DNA from: Chloroflexota bacterium
Lineage (GTDB): Bacteria; Chloroflexota; UBA11872; VXOZ01
DNA: 64,000 bases
NCBI GenBank assembly: GCA_964291655.2
Contig: OZ219802.1
Span: 800,001 to 864,000, forward strand
Reading direction: 5' to 3'
Shown here: positions 59,669 through 64,000 of the stretch, in pieces
How the letters are laid out: each line of letters opens with the position of its first letter
Position numbering within the stretch: the first letter of the stretch is position 1
Notes under the pieces: generated by a model
Database searches by the model: none
The model's input: only the letters and a program-made list of their open reading frames with translations
What the model was told of the DNA's origin: nothing
Position numbers and translations under genes: made by a program

Positions 59669-59923
59669 CGCAACTCCTTCTCGCCATGAACTTCGTGGCT
59701 CTGACGGCATACAGCGAGCGTGGGCTCAGCACAGCTTGCTGTCACTACTATGAGAGTAGCCGCTACAGACGGTCTTGTTCCGGTAGCGTAGGTTTGCAAC
59801 CTGCGCTCGCTGCCCAAATGCCGGAAGTATACTAACTCTTACCCGAACCCGCTTTGGGACGGAATTCACTGCTACCCACGCTGCCTGGACTCCGGCTTTC
59901 GCCGTCCTACGCGTCTTCCAAGA

Positions 59924-61264
59924 CTAAGATATCCGCGCCGAGTCGTAGACGCCCGCCATGCCCAGATCCAGCGGGTTTACCTGCACCCAGACCTCTTCCG
60001 GCTGCGCGTCGTCTTTCAACTCCAGCGAGACCGAGACCCGCTCCAGACCAGGCACCGGCGCAATGCAATGCCCAATTTGCCGCCGGATCAGGATGTTCGA
60101 CTCCTCGCGGGTGGCATCGGCGTCGGCAGCAGTTTTCGGGTCGCCGTTGAATGCCACTGCAAGCATCCGAGTGACATCGAATGCGCCGGTATTCTCCACT
60201 ACGATATCAGCTAGCAGCCGTCCATCTTCCCGGCGTACGCGTGATGCCTCCGTGTCAATGCGCAATCCCGCCGAAAGCTCGCCTGGTGTGAGCGAGACCG
60301 CCCGGTAGGCATCGAAGATGCCATGTCCAAGCAACGGTTCCCAGCCGGATCCCTGCGACGTATTGCGCAGAATCTGTCGAATCTCCACGTTGGAAAGGTG
60401 CGGATAGCGCGAGAACGCCAGCGCCGCGACGCCGCCGCCAAAGGCGGACGCCATGCACCCGCCCTCGAAGGGAATGTAGTCGAGGTCGCCGCCGGTTCCC
60501 CAAACTGACTCGGTGGGGTCGTCCGTATAGCGTTCGCCGCCGGGTGTGGCCGCCTCCACGTAATCCGCCGATGCCGCGATGTTCGCTGCTTGACCGTGCC
60601 GGTTCGTCGAACCGACGGCAAAGACGCTGTCAATGCCAGCATTCACGGTTGCTACCCGCCTACCGCGGTTGTCGGCCGTACCTTTGAAAACCAGGCAGCC
60701 CGATTGGTAGGCGTAGTCCAGCGCCTCGATCAGGCCGATATTGTCGTAGGGATAGCTGAAGTCGATGCCCTTGTAGAACAACGGGACGCCGTCCGTGTGG
60801 TCCATAGTGATGTAGCCATGGGGCATCACGAGCACCTTGGCGCCGTGATCGACCGCATAGCGTACGGCGCGTGGCCAGCTCTTCTGGTGATGCGGCTCGT
60901 AGCCCACGCGCAACACCATGATCGGGCACTTGGGCGCCGTCGCGGCTACTTCGCCCACGACAAACGCGTGGTGACCGCGATGATACATCGTGTCAGAGCG
61001 CGACCCCTCATATTCAAGCGTGGCGTCTTCCTCGGCAAAGTCCCAGCCGTGCACGTCGCCCCGCGTGGGCCGTGGATTGACCCACAGGTGACCCTCATGA
61101 TCGGGATGATAACGATAGCCCAGGTCTATCACCGCCACGATTACGTCAGGACTGCCCTGTGTGATGGCATGTGCTTCCGTCACACGCATCTGATCGAGCG
61201 CCCAGTCGTACGGCTCTCGCACGCCCTCCGGCAGCACGCCGCTCTGCTTCTCGGCTATGGCCAT
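59924..61264 (-). CDS. S8 subtilisin-fold protein with Cys at the nucleophile position
   Basis: VAVIDLG (Asp), RGHHAFVVGEV (His), TADN (oxyanion Asn), AVGS, PGG, EGGCMASAFGGGVAAL, LGHGIFDAYRAV; start ATG 61264 behind AGGAG. Confidence 0.85.
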   Translation of the reverse strand: MAIAEKQSGVLPEGVREPYDWALDQMRVTEAHAITQGSPDVIVAVIDLGYRYHPDHEGHLWVNPRPTRGDVHGWDFAEEDATLEYEGSRSDTMYHRGHHAFVVGEVAATAPKCPIMVLRVGYEPHHQKSWPRAVRYAVDHGAKVLVMPHGYITMDHTDGVPLFYKGIDFSYPYDNIGLIEALDYAYQSGCLVFKGTADNRGRRVATVNAGIDSVFAVGSTNRHGQAANIAASADYVEAATPGGERYTDDPTESVWGTGGDLDYIPFEGGCMASAFGGGVAALAFSRYPHLSNVEIRQILRNTSQGSGWEPLLGHGIFDAYRAVSLTPGELSAGLRIDTEASRVRREDGRLLADIVVENTGAFDVTRMLAVAFNGDPKTAADADATREESNILIRRQIGHCIAPVPGLERVSVSLELKDDAQPEEVWVQVNPLDLGMAGVYDSARIS

Positions 61265-61340
61265 GTGACTCTCCTTTTGCGTCTGTAGAACATCAAACAA
61301 GCACGTGTTCTTGGTGAATCCGATAGTGTCGCCATTGTCC

Positions 61341-61788
61341 GTCATTCCGGCGAAAGCCGGAATCCAGTCTTCACCGCGCACACCCGAGATACCGCCCCGC
61401 GATCAACGTTGCAAAGCCAAGCAATTCGCGGGAAGGGCGTATTGAGGTGATCTTCTCCTTGTAGCGCGGGGGCTTGTCCCCCGCTCTTGAGATTGAGCAC
61501 AAGGGCTGAAGACTCGGTGGTAAAGTGTGGTTGTAAGCAGGAGAAGATGGATTCCCGCTTTCGCGGGAATGACGGACGGCGCGCCCCTCATGTTGCCCTC
61601 TCACCTCCGCTCATCTATAGGCCATCTTCAACGTACATATGTCGGATGATGCCCCTCTCCCTGTCCTCTCTCCCTCACTTGTAGCCCTTTTTCAAACACT
61701 CAAAAAACGGTTAGAGAGCCGACCACACTTCGCATTCCTAACTCTGCCCAAACCAAGACCATGGTCATTCCGACTTTCGCCGGAATCC
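61341..61788. repeat. Cluster of GTCATTCC(C/G)GCGAAAGC(G/C)GGAATCC palindromic repeats
   Basis: Copies at 61341-61365, 61549-61573 (inverted) and 61764-61788; relatives at 8309-8358 and 56107-56129. Confidence 0.75.
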
Positions 61789-61799
61789 AGTCTTCTTGC

Positions 61800-62909
61800 T
61801 CACACAATAGCCACTTCCTGCGGGATCGTCCCCAACCGCTCGAATCCATCTTCCCTAAGCACGTACATGTCCTCCTCGAGCCACGAGGACTCCAGCGAAA
61901 CGACGTTGTTCTCCGCAAACAAGATTTCCGGCCGCACGTCAACGGCGGACGGCAGCAAGCTGCCGATCAACGGTTCTTCATGTTTATCCATGCCCACGCC
62001 GTGAATCCACCAGGCATATTCATCAATGCCCCTAAACTCACGCTGGCAAGCGTCAAAGACCTCTCGCTTAGTCTTGCCGGGCCGTACGAAGTCTTCCATA
62101 AAGAGCTGCCGCTCGCGGTGCTCCCGCCAGACCGCCAAGCTTTCCTTGCGCGGCGTGCCGACGCAGAAGTTGAACTTCTGGTCGGAAAAATAGCCGGCAG
62201 AGACTGCAGCAAGGTCGACACGGTAAACCAGACCCGCTTCAACGACACCGGGGCTACGAATCACGGCGGCGTTCGGTTGCTCCCGCGAGCTCGTACCGCC
62301 GTGGGGCAGCATCCACGAGACCGGCGACGTGTTGATGGGCAAGGCCCCGTTATCCAGCACCGCTTTGGCCCATACGGTCACGAGGTCTTGAAAGGACATG
62401 CCCTCGCGAACTTCCTGCAGCATCTCGCGATAACCGGCCTCCGAGGCGGCAATTGCCTTACGGAGCCACCGAATCTCCTCCGGCGTCTTGCACGCCCGCG
62501 CCTCGGCGAGCAACAAGTCGGCGGAAACAAACGTGGCCCCCGGCAGCAATTCCTCAAGCCTTCGCAGATCGCTCACCGCGGCAAATTCCATATCCAGACC
62601 GATGCGCGCCCGCGCCAGCCCCCGCTGGTGCATTTGACTTGCGAGTTCCGCCAGCCGCGCCGCACGGGCATGGTCGGGCCCTAAGCTGTCAACCGGCAAA
62701 TCTGAATTCCTAAGCCGACCGCCAAACGTAAACGACCGGCCGGGGGGAATGAGACACGTCATCCACGGCGCCAACCCCTGCGGCTCATTGAGCCACGGCC
62801 CTTCGCTGACCGCGCCCGCCAGGTACGCGCAGTTGCGCATGCCCAGCGTGACCAGCGCATCGAGCCGCTGCTCCGCCATTGACCTCGTTATGCCCGCAAT
62901 ATCAGCCAC
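61800..62909 (-). CDS. M24 family (Xaa-Pro peptidase/creatinase-like) metallopeptidase
   Basis: RACKTPEEI, VDL...GYFSD, HGVGMDKHEEP, SLE, EED. Confidence 0.85.
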   Translation of the reverse strand: MADIAGITRSMAEQRLDALVTLGMRNCAYLAGAVSEGPWLNEPQGLAPWMTCLIPPGRSFTFGGRLRNSDLPVDSLGPDHARAARLAELASQMHQRGLARARIGLDMEFAAVSDLRRLEELLPGATFVSADLLLAEARACKTPEEIRWLRKAIAASEAGYREMLQEVREGMSFQDLVTVWAKAVLDNGALPINTSPVSWMLPHGGTSSREQPNAAVIRSPGVVEAGLVYRVDLAAVSAGYFSDQKFNFCVGTPRKESLAVWREHRERQLFMEDFVRPGKTKREVFDACQREFRGIDEYAWWIHGVGMDKHEEPLIGSLLPSAVDVRPEILFAENNVVSLESSWLEEDMYVLREDGFERLGTIPQEVAIV

Positions 62910-63004
62910 ACAATTCCTATCTGATGAACGCTAGACTGCGTAAACTCACCCTTCGACAAGCTCAGGGCGAACGGATCGGCCCTTCATTGCTTGAATGCCC
63001 TTCT

Positions 63005-63176
63005 CATTCGCGCCCAGCCTGTCAAGAATTCACTCGTGCTAAGCCTGTCAGAAACCGTTCGTGCTGAGCCTGCCCACTTCCGTTCGTGCTGAGCCTGCCC
63101 ACTTCCGTTCGTGCTGAGCCTGCCCAATTCCGTTCGTGCTGAGGGCTGCGCGAAGCCCCTGTCGAAGCATGAACGG
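63005..63176. repeat. Tandem array of 25-nt units (CCGTTCGTGCTGAGCCTGCCCACTT)
   Basis: Units at 63055, 63080, 63105 and 63130, plus two degenerate upstream units; inverted REP at ~62949-62974. Confidence 0.85.
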
Positions 63177-63192
63177 AAGTCCTTTGCCACAG

Positions 63193-64000
63193 CTAATTCA
63201 AGGTCTCCAACCAAATTGGGCTCGTCCACGCGCGATTGCCGTCCTGCTGCCGCACGCGCAGGTAGCAGTAGTGGACATCCATCGGTGAGTACCGCAGCGG
63301 CACCTCGTCCTCCAATTGCACGTGTTGCCGGCTGGGTGTGTAGCTTCTGACCGTGTCGCCATTCACAACCAGGTCGATCTGTTCGATGTCCGCCGTACCC
63401 ACCACGTCCGCCGTAAACGTGAATTGGCCTCCTTGCACCGTGGAACCTATCCAATTGTCGTTCACGCGAAAGTCAACGATCATGCGCACGCCGCTTGTCG
63501 CGTAGCAGCGCCGGTTGAAGAGCGCGTCGAAGATTGACGGCTTGTCTAACCGTTCCGCCCAGACGCCGGTGAGCCCGGCCACACCGGTCAGCGGCCCCGG
63601 TTCCTTGTAGGGATTGGCAGGCCGGCTGTCGTGGGTATCGCTTCCGCTCACGAAGCCGAGCTTCACGCCTTGCATCAGGTACTGATTAATCTTCTCCTCT
63701 TCCACCTCGCCGTCCGTTCTCTGCTTCTGAAATATCTCCGCCAGGTGTTCCTGGACGTAGAAGTGCGTATGGAAGTGACCGTGCATTAGCGCGCCCCGGC
63801 GCTTCATCTCGCGATAGAACTCTTGATAGTCGTTGCAGAAGACCGTATCCGGGTGAAAGCGCGCCTGGAGTTTCGGATCGTGTGCCGCGGGACGATCTTC
63901 GCAGAACACCGGCGGCTGTCCCACAATCTCCGGAAAGAAGGCATGGCGGTGGCTACCGTCGGGAGTGGTGCCGAATTCCGCCGAAGGCAGCGCGACGAAC
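63193..64000 (-). CDS. DUF3604/PHP-like metallohydrolase, 5' end outside the window
   Basis: GFVSGSDTH, GLTGVWAE, IFDAL..RRCYATSG, AWTSPIW; frame open to the window edge. Confidence 0.8.
   Translation of the reverse strand, partial: FVALPSAEFGTTPDGSHRHAFFPEIVGQPPVFCEDRPAAHDPKLQARFHPDTVFCNDYQEFYREMKRRGALMHGHFHTHFYVQEHLAEIFQKQRTDGEVEEEKINQYLMQGVKLGFVSGSDTHDSRPANPYKEPGPLTGVAGLTGVWAERLDKPSIFDALFNRRCYATSGVRMIVDFRVNDNWIGSTVQGGQFTFTADVVGTADIEQIDLVVNGDTVRSYTPSRQHVQLEDEVPLRYSPMDVHYCYLRVRQQDGNRAWTSPIWLETLN

Noticed and set aside
63005-63176. CRISPR array
   Set aside because: Plain 25-nt tandem repeat with no unique spacers.
1-64000. tRNA (including tRNA-Sec), rRNA or known riboswitches
   Set aside because: No cloverleaf with T-loop/CCA signature or recognisable consensus was seen by eye; a covariance-model search is needed to exclude them.

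Overview
A GC-rich bacterial chromosomal window, probably Chloroflexota. That assignment is an inference from the Tat/lipobox 'RRR..LAACG' solute-binding proteins with Ala/Glu/Pro linkers and the gene content. It holds about 45 CDSs: housekeeping genes (dnaE, murF, ddl, prs, ccdA, a divergent ychF), many catabolic enzymes, three orphan solute-binding lipoproteins, an ABC-2 exporter and four tandem GNAT paralogues. Intergenic DNA is dense with nested REP/MITE-like repeats, including an IS481-family element and a 288-bp non-autonomous derivative that sit in the same REP-like hairpin family. Two signals stand out. (1) Next to ccdA are two convergent paralogous lipoprotein redoxins (TlpA/DipZ-like). 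The ORF track splits each at an in-frame TGA lying exactly at the first Cys of the CxxC site (FWTYT-U-PVC). Both carry a conserved SECIS-like hairpin, suggesting a CcdA-fed, exported selenoprotein thiol-redox system. (2) A subtilisin (S8)-fold protein has Cys in place of the catalytic Ser and Ala at the Pro225-equivalent position (EGGCMASAF), the same pair of changes as engineered subtiligase. No rRNA, tRNA or CRISPR array was found. All family assignments come from motif recognition by eye, not database searches.
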